A DNA stretch of 64,000 bases from an uncultured Chloroflexia bacterium (lineage in GTDB: Bacteria; Chloroflexota; Limnocylindria; Limnocylindrales; CSP1-4). The first letter of the stretch is position 1. Each line of letters begins with the position of its first letter. The stretch is taken from contig CAVOJY010000003.1 of the NCBI GenBank assembly GCA_963696405.1, positions 194,407 through 258,406 on the forward strand, read 5' to 3'. The notes below the pieces were generated by a model. It saw nothing but the letters and a program-made list of their open reading frames with translations. It had not been told where the DNA came from and did not search any database. The position numbers were made by a program, and so were the translations under genes. Positions 1 to 11,158 of this stretch are shown here, piece by piece.

Positions 1-32
1 AAGAGCCCGGCCGGGAGGAATCGCCACGCAGC

Positions 33-3000
33 GTGGGTGGCGAGGAGCCGGAGATCCGGCGAAGGGCGTCCGGGCCGCGGCCGCCGACGCGCTCCCCGGG
101 CGGAGCCCCGCCTGTCGTCCGTTTCGCGCCGGGCCGCGGGGCAATCGTAGTCGTGGTCGTCGTCTTCGCCATCATCATCGTGCTGGCCGCCGTCGGTCCG
201 CTCATGGACCTCTGGACCGACTCCATCTGGTACGGCAGTGTCGGTTACGGGAGCGTCTTCTGGACGCGGCTCGGGACGCAGGTCGCACTCTTCCTGGGGG
301 TCGGGGCGGCCGTCCTGGTCCTTCTCCTGCTGGACCTCCTGCTGGCCGCACGGCTCTCGCCTCCTCCCGATCCGGAGGGGCGCTCGACGCTTGCAGCGCT
401 TCTGCGGCGCATTGGCGAAGTCCAGCGGCGCTCACGCGAGGACTCCCCGTTCGGCGCATTCACAGGGTTTGGACGGGACGCCTTCGGCCGCGGGGGCCCG
501 GGCCGCGAGAGCCCCGCCGTCGACATGCCGGAGGAGGAACTCCCCGATCTCACACCGATCGCCTCGGTCGGGCTCGTCATTCTGGCCGTCTTTGCCGCGC
601 TCATCGCGGCCGGTGGAGCCGCTGCGGCATGGGAGACGGTAGCGCTCTGGATGAATCGCGTCCCATATAGCCCCGCGGGCGGGCAGGCCGTCACCGACCC
701 GATCTTCAACCGCGACGTCTCCTTCTACTTCTTCGAGCTGCCGTTCTGGCGGTACCTCCAGGGTCTCGCGAGCGCCGTCCTCATCGCGGCACTCCTGCTG
801 GCCGCCGGCCGCTATGGCATTGGCGTGCTGCGCGGCGGCCTCCGGCTTCGGGTGGCCGCTCGGCTGCACCTCGGGGTCCTGGGCGCCCTCCTGCTCGCCG
901 TGTTCGCGGCCGGCTACCAGCTCGATCGCCTGGAGCTCGTGTACAGCGCTCGCGGTGTGGCGTCGGGCGTCAGCTATGCCGACCAGAACGCCCTCTTCCT
1001 GGCCCTCAACGTCATGACGGTCGTCGCGCTGGCGGCCGCCGCGGCGACGGTCGTCGGTGCGTACGTGCGCCGGCCGCTCGTTCTTGGCGCGGCGCTCGCC
1101 GTCTGGATGGTGGTCGCGGTCGGGCTCGGCGCCCTCTATCCGGAGATCGTCCAGCGGTTCAGCGTTCAACCCAACGAGTTCGCCCTGGAGAAGCCGTACA
1201 TCGAGAACAACATCCGGATGACCCGGCTGGCCTTCAACCTGGATGACTGGGAGGAGATCCCGTACCGGGGCGAAGGTGCTCTCACGGCGGCCCAGGTGGA
1301 GGGCGAGCAGGCGACGTTCGAGAACGCCAGGCTGTGGGACTACCGCCCGCTCGGTGCCACCCTGGACCAGCTCCAGACGGTGCGCCAGTACTACGACTTC
1401 TACGATGTGGACGCGGATCGCTACGTGGTCGGGGATAGGCTGCGCCAGGTGTGGGTGTCGGCGCGCGAAATCGCCCCCGAGAAGAACCCGCAGGCGCAGT
1501 CCTGGGTCAACCAGCGCCTCACGTACACGCACGGGTTCGGCGTTGCGATGGTGCCGGTGAACGAGGTGACGGCAGAGGGGCTCCCGGCGCTCTTCATCCG
1601 CGACATGCCCCCGGTGTCCGCCGCGGGAGCACCCGTCATCACCGAGCCCCGGATCTACTTTGGCGAGCGGCCGAACGACTACGTCATCGTCGGCGCCCGC
1701 CAGCCGGAGTTCGACTATCCGGTCGGCGAGGCCGACACGCAGCAGCAGACCACGAGCTGGAGCGGGACCACCGGCATCCGCCTCGACTCGATGGTGAACC
1801 GCTTCCTCTTCGCGCTCCGCTTCCGCGATCTGAACCTGATCCTCACCGATCAGCTCACCGACCAGAGCCAGCTGCTTATGCACCGAACGCTCGGTGACCG
1901 CCTGCCGCGCATCGCCCCGTTCCTCCGGTACGACCGCGATCCCTACCTGGTTGTCACCACGGAAGGGAGGCTCGTCTACATCCAGGATGCCTACACGACG
2001 AGCTCGCGGTTCCCGCTGGCCGAGCCGTTCGACCCGGCGCAGCTCGCCGCGACTGGCCTGGGCGGAGAGCCCTTCAACTACCTGCGCAACAGCGTGAAGA
2101 TCGTCGTGGATGCCTACGACGGCACCACCACGTTCTACGTGGCCGATCCGGGCGACCCGCTCGTGCGGGCCTGGCAGGGTGTGTTCCCGGACCTCTTCCG
2201 GCCGATCGATGAGCTGCCCTCCGGCTTGCGGGCGCATCTGCGCGTGCCGGAGGAGCTCTTCAATGTCCAGACCCGCGTGTTCGCCACCTATCACGTCCAG
2301 GACCCACAGACCTTCTACCGCAACGACGACCTCTGGACGGTCCCCGCGTTCCCGACGGGCGGCCAGCAGCTGCCGCTCGAGGCCTACTACGTGATCATGC
2401 GCATGCCGATGGAGACGGACGCCGAGTTCCTGTTGCTCCAGCCGATGGTGCCCACCAGCCGGCCGAACATGATCGCCTGGATCGCCGCGCGCATGGACGG
2501 CGACCTGTACGGCGCCACCCGTGTGTACCGGTTCCCGCGCGACACGTCCATCTTCGGGCCGGCGCAGATCGAGGCGCGCATCGATCAGGACCCGATCATC
2601 AGCTCCCAGATAACGCTCTGGGGCCAGGTCGGGAGCACGGTCGTCCGGGGCAACCTGGTGGTCATCCCGGTGCAGGACACCCTCCTCTACCTCGAGCCGG
2701 TCTACCTGCAGTCAACGAGCAGCCAGTTCCCCGAGTTCCAGAAGATCATCGTGGCGTCGCCCACGAAGGTGGTGTGGGGAAACACGCTCGCCGAGGCGCT
2801 CCAGCTCCTCGTTGCAGGCGGTCCCGGGCCGGGACCCTCGCCGTCGCCGTCGCCGGGTGCGTCTCCGACGCCCGGTCCGAGCGCCGGCCCGACGCCCGGG
2901 GCGGGTGACGTCCAGGGACTCATCCTCTACGCCAACGAGCACTACGAGCTCGCCCAGCTGGCGCTGCGGGACGGCGACCTGGCCCGGTACGCGGCGGAGA

Positions 3001-3086
3001 TGGAGCTGGTGGGGCAGGCGCTGCAGCAGCTCGGCAGCCTGGTCGCGCCCACGCCATCCCCGGCCCAGCCCACCGCGACTCCCTAG
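33..3086 (+). CDS. UPF0182 family integral membrane protein
   Basis: 1017-aa ORF with a GTG start downstream of GGGAGGAA. N-terminal cluster of hydrophobic helices (VVVVVVFAIIIVLAAV, FYFFELPFWRYLQGL), a large soluble region, then a P/S/T/G-rich tail. Layout matches the actinobacterial UPF0182 family as I recall it. Confidence 0.8.
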   Translation: MGGEEPEIRRRASGPRPPTRSPGGAPPVVRFAPGRGAIVVVVVVFAIIIVLAAVGPLMDLWTDSIWYGSVGYGSVFWTRLGTQVALFLGVGAAVLVLLLLDLLLAARLSPPPDPEGRSTLAALLRRIGEVQRRSREDSPFGAFTGFGRDAFGRGGPGRESPAVDMPEEELPDLTPIASVGLVILAVFAALIAAGGAAAAWETVALWMNRVPYSPAGGQAVTDPIFNRDVSFYFFELPFWRYLQGLASAVLIAALLLAAGRYGIGVLRGGLRLRVAARLHLGVLGALLLAVFAAGYQLDRLELVYSARGVASGVSYADQNALFLALNVMTVVALAAAAATVVGAYVRRPLVLGAALAVWMVVAVGLGALYPEIVQRFSVQPNEFALEKPYIENNIRMTRLAFNLDDWEEIPYRGEGALTAAQVEGEQATFENARLWDYRPLGATLDQLQTVRQYYDFYDVDADRYVVGDRLRQVWVSAREIAPEKNPQAQSWVNQRLTYTHGFGVAMVPVNEVTAEGLPALFIRDMPPVSAAGAPVITEPRIYFGERPNDYVIVGARQPEFDYPVGEADTQQQTTSWSGTTGIRLDSMVNRFLFALRFRDLNLILTDQLTDQSQLLMHRTLGDRLPRIAPFLRYDRDPYLVVTTEGRLVYIQDAYTTSSRFPLAEPFDPAQLAATGLGGEPFNYLRNSVKIVVDAYDGTTTFYVADPGDPLVRAWQGVFPDLFRPIDELPSGLRAHLRVPEELFNVQTRVFATYHVQDPQTFYRNDDLWTVPAFPTGGQQLPLEAYYVIMRMPMETDAEFLLLQPMVPTSRPNMIAWIAARMDGDLYGATRVYRFPRDTSIFGPAQIEARIDQDPIISSQITLWGQVGSTVVRGNLVVIPVQDTLLYLEPVYLQSTSSQFPEFQKIIVASPTKVVWGNTLAEALQLLVAGGPGPGPSPSPSPGASPTPGPSAGPTPGAGDVQGLILYANEHYELAQLALRDGDLARYAAEMELVGQALQQLGSLVAPTPSPAQPTATP

Positions 3087-3307
3087 ATTCCTGCCCACCA
3101 ACAACGTGGGTGCTCCGCGGGCGCGGCGGGCGAACGAGGCCCATACCACCAACTGGGTTGGTGCCAGCGCCTTGTGGCGGCCTGCCCGCCTGCGTTGCAG
3201 GAGCCGTATTGGTGCGCAGCGGGAGCGAGCTGCGGTGACGTGCCCCGTCGTCCGCGAGCGATTGGGCCCGCCTGAAGCCCGACGGCGCCCTGCTATGCTC
3301 GGTCGCG

Positions 3308-6300
3308 ATGGAGTTCCACGTCGCGGGCGCCCTCCGTGACCGCCTCGGTCTCGAGGAGGCCCTCTTCCAGCTGAGCGGCAACGTCATTCTGCCGGACTTC
3401 CGCGCGACGCGGGAGCTGGCGGCGCGGCTGAACGAGCTGCGCGACGCGGCCGCCGACCCCGACCGCGCCGTCCTCGCCGCCGACCTCAACGCGATGGGGC
3501 TGCTCGATGAGGTGCTCCACGGGGTCGTTGCCCTCTACCGGCAGCAGCGCGACCCGGACGCCATGGCGAAGGCGCTGGTCGCCCTCGAGGGGGAGCTCGG
3601 CCGCGAGAGGCTGGACGGGGCCCTGCTCGCCTTCGTCGAGCGGTTCCCGCCCCTCGCGGTGTACCGGGAGGGAGGGACACCCGAGTCGTACCTGGCAGAC
3701 GCCCCGGCCAACCGCGAAGCCGCGCTCGAGGAACTGCTGCTGCTCTGGCTTGCCAACGTCAACCCGGCCTTCCGGCAGTTCGGCGAGCTGTTCGACGACA
3801 CCGAGCTAGTCGCCGGCTCGGCCTACGAGGACGTCATCGCCGGCCTGACGGCCTTCTTCGAGACGATGCCGCCGTTCGGCCCCGACGATCAGCCGCTTGT
3901 CGACCTGCTGCGGGCGCCCGCGCTCGCCTCACCCGACTCCCTGGCCGGCCAGCTGCGCTTCGTGCGCGAGCGCTGGGGGCTCATCCTCTCGCGGCTGGGT
4001 GGTCGGTTCGGGGATCGGCTGCTCCTTTCCCTCGACGTTCTCGCCGAGGACGAGCGGGCGCGCTGGATGCGCTTCCACGGAGCGGTCGCTGCCACGAGCG
4101 CGCCCGCCCTGCGCGCCCCCACGCGCGCGGACCTGGCAGGCGCCGGCTTGGCCGGCGCCGAGGCGGAGCCGGAGCGGTACAGCCCGGACCTTGACTGGAT
4201 GCCCCGGCTGGTCCTCATCGCCAAGAGCACCTACGTGTGGCTGGACCAGCTCTCACGCACGTACGATCGGGAGATCCGCACGCTCGACCAGGTACCGGAC
4301 GAAGAGCTCGACACGCTCGCCCGTCGCGGTTTCAGCGGGCTCTGGCTCATCGGGCTGTGGGAACGGGGCAGCGCGTCGGCCACCATCAAGCGCATCCGCG
4401 GCAACCCTGAGGCCGTCGCCTCGGCCTACTCCATCGCCGAGTACCGGATCGCCGATGACCTCGGCGGGGAGGAGGCGCTGGCGAACCTGCGTGAGCGCGC
4501 GTGGGCGCGCGGCATCCGCCTGGCCAGCGACATGGTGCCGAACCACATGGCGATTGACTCGCGCTGGGTCGTCGAGCACCCGGACTGGTTCATCTCGGTC
4601 GATCACCCGCCATTCGCGGTGTACTCGTTCGGCGGCACCGATCTCTCGTCGGACGAGCGCGTCGGCACCTTCATCGAGGACCACTACTACGACGGCACCG
4701 ATGCCGCAGTCGTCTTCAAGCGCCTCGATCGCTGGACCGGGGAAGCCCGCTACGTCTACCACGGCAACGACGGCACGAGCACGCCGTGGAACGACACGGC
4801 TCAACTTGACTACCTCCGAGCGGACGTCCGCGAGGCGGTCATCCAGACGATCCTCCACGTGGCCCGCCAGTTCCCGGTGATCCGCTTCGACGCGGCGATG
4901 ACCCTGGCGAAGCGCCACTTCCAGAGGCTCTGGTTCCCGGAGCCGGGCACGGGCGGGGCGATCCCTTCGCGGGCGGAGCACGGGCTCACCAAGGCGGAGT
5001 TCGATGCAGCCATGCCCGCCGAGTTCTGGCGGGAGGTGGTCGATCGTGTGGCGGCGGAGGCCCCCGGCACGCTGCTCCTCGCCGAAGCCTTCTGGCTCAT
5101 GGAGGGCTACTTCGTCCGCACGCTCGGGATGCACCGCGTCTACAACAGCGCCTTCATGAACATGCTTCGAGACGAGCGGAACGCCGAGTACCGGCTCGTC
5201 CTTCGAAACACCCTGGAATTCGATCCGGAGATTCTCCGCCGCTACGTGAGCTTCATGAACAACCCCGACGAGCGGACCGCGGTCGAGCAGTTCGGGACCA
5301 GCGACAAGTACTTTGGCATCTGCACGCTCATGGCGACCCTGCCCGGGCTCCCCATGTTCGGCCACGGACAGGTCGAGGGGTTCGCCGAGAAGTACGGGAT
5401 GGAGTACCGGCGCGCCTACCTGGACGAGCAGCCGAACGAGGGGCTCGTGGCGCGCCACGAGCGCGAGATCGCGCCGCTGCTCCACCGGAGGGAGATCTTC
5501 GCGGGCGCGCGCGATTTCTACCTGTACGACCTCCTGGACGGGGCCGGCAACGTGATCGAGGACGTTTTCGCCTACTCGAACCGGCGCGACGACGAACGAG
5601 CGCTGGTCGTCTACCACAACCGCTTCGCTCGTGCGGCCGGCTGGGTCCGGCGGTCCGTGGGCTTCGCGGTGAAGCAGGGGGGCGATGGCGGTCCGGGAGA
5701 CGGGCCCGCCGGGACCGATGGCGCTCAGGGTGGCCGATGGATCGAGTGGCGCACGCTCGGCGACGGGCTGGGGCTTTCGGACGGCGCCGGCGTCTTCTAC
5801 GCCTTCCGCGATGCCCGCACGGGGCTCGAGTACCTCAGGTCGGGCCGTGATCTCTGCCGGGAGGGCATGTACATCGAGCTCCCCGCCTACGCGTGCCATG
5901 TCTTCCTCGACTGGCGCGAGGTGCGCGACGGCGAAGGACGGCCCTATGGGGCGCTGGCCGGTTCGCTCGCGGGCCGAGGCGTGCCGAGCATCGACGAGGC
6001 GCTTGTCGAGCTGCGACTCCGACCCGTGCACGAGGCCTTGCGCGCGGTCATGGGCTCGGACGCCGCGTGGGCCATGGTGGAGTCCGAAGCCGCAGCGTCC
6101 GGCACGGGGGCGTCGGCGAGTGATCGGCTGGAAGCCGGCGCTCGCGGCGACGATGCTCTGTGGGAACCGACGGCGCCGACCCGCGAGTTCGAGGCGCGCC
6201 TGGCCGCCCTGCTCCGGACGGTGCGTCAGCAGGCTGGGCGCGTAGCCGATCCGTCGCGCGACGAACAACTGGCACAGGAGGCCGGCGCCCGGCTCGGTGA

Positions 6301-6956
6301 GATCCCTGCTCTCGCCGAACTGCCGGCCGGGGGTCTTCCGTGGCCGTCGAACCGGGCGGGTGCTGGGATCCTGGGCGACCGCGCCGACGAGGCAGGTCCG
6401 GCCGTCACGATTGCCGACCGCTGCGGACTCCTGGCCTGGATCGTCGTCGACGCTCTTGCCGACGCTGCGGACGATGACCGGGGGCCAGGCCGCGCAGCGC
6501 CGCGGGGCGTCGTGCCCTCCCGGGCGGCCGCCCTCGACACCTGGCGACTCGGCCCGGTGCTCTCGGGGGAGCTCCAGGAGCTCGGGGTGGGGGAGGAGGC
6601 GGCGCGGCGGATCGCCTCGACGGTCCGGGCCCTGCTGGTCAGCGCGGCAATCGCCACGCCGGCGCGACATCGCATCGTGGTTCGAGGAGCCCGTAATCGC
6701 CGGTGCGCTCGGCATCCACGAGTGGGATGGCGTCACGTGGTTCGACCGGGGTGCGTTCCTCGACCTCGTCCGCTTCTCGTTCCTTCGCGAGGCGGTCGAG
6801 CTCGCGTGCGACCCTCGGACTGCTGCCGCGGACCGGGTCGCTGGGCTGGCGGCGGCGGCGGAAGTCATGCGAGCGCTCGAAGCAGCATGCGAGGCATCCG
6901 GGTACCGCGTGGACCGGCTCCTTGCCATCCTGGCCGACCAGGCGTCAGTGCAGTGA
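3308..6956 (+). CDS. large alpha-amylase (GH13) family protein, frame broken near 6640-6665
   Basis: GH13-like blocks DMVPNHMAIDSRW, RFDAAMTLAKRH and LLAEAFWLMEGYF. Sensible sequence ends at ...ALLVSAAIATPA in the 3308 frame. It resumes in the +1 frame (RDIASWFEEPVIAGALGIHEWDGVTWF...ILADQASVQ, stop at 6954-6956). The 3308 frame becomes Arg-rich nonsense after about 6665. Confidence 0.7.
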
Positions 6957-6964
6957 GGTGCGCG

Positions 6965-8296
6965 ATGTTCTCCTTGTCCATCGCAGGTCGTCGCGGTGGA
7001 CGGCCGCTGGCCGCCCTGACGGTCGCCCTGGCCCTTTCGCTCGTGCCGCTGGCTGCGACCGTCGCGGCAGCGACCCACCATGAGCTTGTGGCGATGGCCG
7101 CCGGCAACTGGGCCGCGGGGGTGGCGCGGACGTTCGCGGTCACCGCACACAACGAGGACCACACGGTGGACACCGGTTACACCGGCACGGTCCACTTCAG
7201 CAGCAGCGACTCCCTTGCCGTTCTCCCCGCGGACTACACGTTCACCGCGGCGGATGCGGGCGTTCACACGTTCACGGCGACGCTGAAGACCGCGGGTCCG
7301 CAGACGGTCACGACGTGGGATGTGCCTCACGGGTCGATTTCCGGCGCAATGACCGTCAAGGTGGCGGCCGCGGCGCCCGCGAAGCTGGCCTTCGTCCAGG
7401 AGCCCGGGGACGGCGTCGCGGACTACCCGGTCCCGCAGCAGCCGGTGGTGGTCATCCAGGACGAGTTCGGGAACTGGGCGTCAGCGGCCTCCGCGGAGGT
7501 CGCCCTCGCCCCGCTGGCCGGCCCGGCTGCGACGCTTACATGCAAGCCCGCGACCTCGCTCACCACGGTGGCCGGCGTGGCCGCCTTCGTCGCCTGCAAG
7601 CTCGACGCGTCGGGCTCGGGGTTCGTCCTGCGCGCATCCGCGGCCGGCCTTGCATCGGCCGACAGCGCGGCCTTCGACCTGGCGGCGATGCCGGGCGTCA
7701 CGGCCAGGATGAACTCGTCGCGCACCCTCATCTCCTATGGCGAGAGCACGACCCTGGACCTCGAGATCTCCGCCGGCGGGCGTCACCGGGTGCGGCTCTA
7801 CCGGATGGACGCGGGCTCCATCGCATGGGTGGCCACCGGTCCCGGTTCGGTCGAGACTGATGCGAGCGGCCGCTACACGTTCACCGTCGGGCCCAAACAC
7901 AGCGCGCTCTACCAGGTCCGCAGCGAGGCCGACGAGGCGCTCGGGCCGATGCTGAGCGACACCGTCATGATCGGCGTGCGACAGACGGTCCAACTGGAGC
8001 CCGCGGCCGTCGCGCTGCGCGCGGCTGTTGCCCGCGGGTCGACAGTCGTCTACACGGCGAGAGTCCGGCCGGCCAAGGCCGGCGTGCGTCCGGTGGTGAG
8101 CTTCGTCATCGCCCAGCACGTGGGAGCGCGGTGGCTCACCCGGGAGAAGGTCAAGGTGACCGCGAGCGCGGCTGGCGTGGCGACGCTCAGCCATCGCTGG
8201 TCCACCCGCGGCGAGTGGGAGATCCGGGCGCAGGCCCTCGCGACCGGCTACAACCTGATCGGCTCGTCGCCGCGCGTGCGGCTCCTCGTGCGCTGA
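6965..8296 (+). CDS. secreted protein with signal peptide and beta-rich (Ig-like) repeats
   Basis: ATG at 6965 preceded by GAGGTG. N-terminus MFSLSIAGRRGGRPLAALTVALALSLVPLAATVAAA looks like a Sec signal. It lies in the same frame as the upstream ORF only by accident. No family recognised. Confidence 0.55.
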   Translation: MFSLSIAGRRGGRPLAALTVALALSLVPLAATVAAATHHELVAMAAGNWAAGVARTFAVTAHNEDHTVDTGYTGTVHFSSSDSLAVLPADYTFTAADAGVHTFTATLKTAGPQTVTTWDVPHGSISGAMTVKVAAAAPAKLAFVQEPGDGVADYPVPQQPVVVIQDEFGNWASAASAEVALAPLAGPAATLTCKPATSLTTVAGVAAFVACKLDASGSGFVLRASAAGLASADSAAFDLAAMPGVTARMNSSRTLISYGESTTLDLEISAGGRHRVRLYRMDAGSIAWVATGPGSVETDASGRYTFTVGPKHSALYQVRSEADEALGPMLSDTVMIGVRQTVQLEPAAVALRAAVARGSTVVYTARVRPAKAGVRPVVSFVIAQHVGARWLTREKVKVTASAAGVATLSHRWSTRGEWEIRAQALATGYNLIGSSPRVRLLVR

Positions 8297-8327
8297 TCCG
8301 CTCGTGCGCTGATCCGCGCCCGGTGGG

Positions 8328-8384
8328 TTGACACGGCCCTCGGGACTGCCTACCCTGTGACGGGTATTGGGTGACCGGTCGCCC
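8328..8384 (+). promoter_or_regulatory. putative promoter plus palindromic operator GGGTGACCGGTCGCCC (8369-8384)
   Basis: TTGACA (8328-8333), 17-nt spacer, TACCCT (8351-8356). An alternative -10, TATTGG (8365-8370), abuts the palindrome. One mismatch to the perfect copies at 12092 and 13545. Confidence 0.5.
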
Positions 8385-8604
8385 TTGCCCCTCGGGAGAG
8401 CAGGAACACGTTGAGGAGGTAGAGTAGGGGGCGCGGTTTCCGAGCACCGGCAAGATGGTTTCGGGCGCTGACTCCCTCCAGGTCGAGACAACCGCGTCTC
8501 AATGCAGGAGGTGCGCAGGAGCCTATTGCATCGGTCGTGTCGGCAGTGTCGGCGAGTTCCCGGCAGGCGATGCCGGTCATGGTTGAAGGAGACCACCAGG
8601 GCAG

Positions 8605-9981
8605 ATGGGTACGATCATCGAGGACTACACGAAGAAGTTCGGGGCCTCGCAGGCCATGTTCGAGCGCGCCAGCAAGGTCGCCCCGGGCGGCGTCCACCAC
8701 GACGTGCGCATCCAGAACCCCTTCCCGATCTTCATGGACCACGGGCTGGGGTGCCGGAAGTGGGACATCCAGGGAAACGAGTTCATCGACATGGGCTGCG
8801 GCCATGGATCGCTGATCCTGGGCCATGGCAACCCGGTCGATCATCAAGGCCGTGACCAGGACGAGGCGCAGAAGTTCATGCACCCCGCCGACCCGACCGA
8901 GCTGGACGTGCGCTGGGCGGAGCTCGTTCACGAGTGCACCAAGTGGACCGAGCTGGCCCGCTTCGTGCTGAGCGGCACCGAGGCCGACCACCTTGCCTTC
9001 CGCGTGGCGCGCGCCCACACCGGCAAGGACGTCATCGCCAAGTTCCGCGGTCACTTCCACGGCTGGCATGACTACAACATGATCGAGTACCTGCCGCCGT
9101 ACGAGTTCCCCATGTCGGGCGGCATCCCCAAGGCCATCGCGCAGACCATGCGCGCGTGCAAGACCAACGACCTCGACGCGGTCGAGGCCGCACTCAAGCA
9201 GGGCGACGTGGCCGGGTTCGTGCTCGAGCCGGACGGCGCCCTCGGTGGAACAGTCCCCACGACCGTCGAACTGCTCAAGGGGATCCGCGAGCTCTGCACG
9301 AAGTACGGGGTCGTCCTCATCTTCGACGAGGTCATCACCGGCTTCCGCTTCGCCCCCGGTGGCGCGACGGAGTGGTTCGGCGTGACCCCCGACATCGCCT
9401 GCTACGCCAAGGCGATCTGCGGCGGCGTCCCCGGTGGCGCGGCGGTGGCCGGCAAGGCCGAGTTCATGAGCGACATCGCGGTGCGCGCCGATGCGGACTG
9501 GAACCGCAAGAAGCGGGCCCGCCACATGGGCACCTTCAGCGCCAACGTGCTCGCCGCGGCCGGCGGCATCGCCACCCTGGAGATCCTCAAGGACGGGAAG
9601 GTCCAGGACCACGCGGCGAAGATGGCCGACCTCCTCAAGGCCGGTTTCAACAACGCCATCCGCGAGGCCGGGGCTGCCGGCGTCCTGTACGGCACCCGCT
9701 CCACCCTGCGGCTCATCCTGGGCGACGACCTGCCCAAGATCTACGACCCGGTCGAGTTCCCCAAGGCGGTCGAGATCGATCGCCTTCTCACCAACGTCAA
9801 GGAGCCGCTGGGCACCAACCTGTATTGCGCGCAGATGCTCGAAGGGATCGACATCCTGGGCAAGACCCACGGTTGGACCAACGCGGCCTGGACCGAGGCC
9901 GACGTGAACGAGGCCGTCGCCCGCTGGTCGCGGGCCCTCCACCGCGTCATCGCGGAGGGCCACCTCTCCGGCAAGGCGTAG
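8605..9981 (+). CDS. class III PLP-dependent aminotransferase (GSA aminomutase-like family)
   Basis: GAAGGAG RBS. Motifs GSLILGHGNP, LIFDEVITGFR and DIACYAKAICGG (Schiff-base Lys context). 458 aa. Confidence 0.8.
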   Translation: MGTIIEDYTKKFGASQAMFERASKVAPGGVHHDVRIQNPFPIFMDHGLGCRKWDIQGNEFIDMGCGHGSLILGHGNPVDHQGRDQDEAQKFMHPADPTELDVRWAELVHECTKWTELARFVLSGTEADHLAFRVARAHTGKDVIAKFRGHFHGWHDYNMIEYLPPYEFPMSGGIPKAIAQTMRACKTNDLDAVEAALKQGDVAGFVLEPDGALGGTVPTTVELLKGIRELCTKYGVVLIFDEVITGFRFAPGGATEWFGVTPDIACYAKAICGGVPGGAAVAGKAEFMSDIAVRADADWNRKKRARHMGTFSANVLAAAGGIATLEILKDGKVQDHAAKMADLLKAGFNNAIREAGAAGVLYGTRSTLRLILGDDLPKIYDPVEFPKAVEIDRLLTNVKEPLGTNLYCAQMLEGIDILGKTHGWTNAAWTEADVNEAVARWSRALHRVIAEGHLSGKA

Positions 9982-10095
9982 GGCCCGATCGCACCAACCA
10001 CCGGCAGGAACGCTGGATGGGGGAGGCGCGCGTCGCGCCTCCCCCATCCATGCACCATGAGATCCGAACACGGAACCAGGAAGGAGTAGTCGCTG

Positions 10096-11097
10096 ATGGC
10101 TGACCAGATCAAGATCGTCTCCATGGGCCTGGGCCCCATCGGGGTCGGGACACTGAAGGTCCTGGCCCAACGCCCCTGGGCGAAGATCGTGGGTGCGGTC
10201 GATGTCAACCCCGACTTCATTGGCAAGGACGTCGGCGAGATCGCCGGCATCGGGCCCCTCGGGGTGACGGTGAAGGGCTCGTTCGCCGAGGTGGGCGCCC
10301 CCGGGAGCGCGGACGTCGTCGTCCACTGCGCCGGCTCTCACCTCCAGCGCGGAGCGACCGAGCAGGTGCTCGACGCGCTCGCCTGGAAGGCGAACATCGT
10401 CTCGACCTGCGAGGAACTCTCCTACCCGTGGTTCCACCACCCGGCCGAGGCGAAGCGCATTGATGACGCGGCCAAGGCAGCCGGTGTGACCGTCCTCGCC
10501 AACGGGGTCAACCCGGGATTCGCGATGGACGCCCTGGCCCTGTACGCATCGGGCATCAGCGAGAGCGTCGAGGCCGTCCGGGTGCACCGCGCGCAGGAAG
10601 CCGGCACGCGCCGCGAGCCGCTCCAGCGCAAGGTTGGCGCCAGCATCACCCCCGAGGAGTTCGCCGCGCGCAAGGCCGCCGGCAAGATCGGCCACGTCGG
10701 GCTCGTCGAGTCTGCGGCGATGATCGGCAAGGCCTTCAACTTCGAGCTCGACCGCATCGACGAGTCGCTGGAGCCGGCCATCGCCACGAAGGAACTGGTG
10801 ACCCAGTACTACACGGTCAAGCCCGGCCAGGTCGCGGGCATCATCCACAAGGCCCGCGGGTTCGCCAAGGGCGTGGAGAAGGTCACCCTCGAACTCGACA
10901 TGTTCATCGGCGTGCCCGAGCCGGGCGACACGGTGATCCTCGAGGGTAAGCCGCCGGTCACGGTGTTCGTGAGCGGCCTCCACGGCGACGTCGCCACCGC
11001 GGCCATCGCCGCCAACTCGTGCGCGGCCGTGTCCGGGTTCCGGTCCGGCCTGGTGACGATGATCGACGCGGCGCCGGTACGGCTCTACCCGTCGTAG
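10096..11097 (+). CDS. DapB-N-like NAD(P)-binding oxidoreductase, 2,4-diaminopentanoate dehydrogenase / native amine dehydrogenase family
   Basis: N-terminal Rossmann motif VSMGLGPIGVG. Blocks GVNPGFAMD, GKIGHVGLVESAAMIG and GLHGDVATAAIAANS resemble this family from memory. Confidence 0.6.
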   Translation: MADQIKIVSMGLGPIGVGTLKVLAQRPWAKIVGAVDVNPDFIGKDVGEIAGIGPLGVTVKGSFAEVGAPGSADVVVHCAGSHLQRGATEQVLDALAWKANIVSTCEELSYPWFHHPAEAKRIDDAAKAAGVTVLANGVNPGFAMDALALYASGISESVEAVRVHRAQEAGTRREPLQRKVGASITPEEFAARKAAGKIGHVGLVESAAMIGKAFNFELDRIDESLEPAIATKELVTQYYTVKPGQVAGIIHKARGFAKGVEKVTLELDMFIGVPEPGDTVILEGKPPVTVFVSGLHGDVATAAIAANSCAAVSGFRSGLVTMIDAAPVRLYPS

Positions 11098-11158
11098 CCG
11101 CAGCCGCAGCCGCAGAGGGGTCTGCCGCCATTGGCGGCGGCTGACCGGTTCAGAAGAC

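Noticed and set aside
3308-8296. Single 1662-aa protein suggested by the ORF track.
   Set aside because: It is a GH13 gene that changes frame near 6650 and stops at 6956, plus an independent signal-peptide gene starting at 6965. The linking segment is Arg-rich nonsense.
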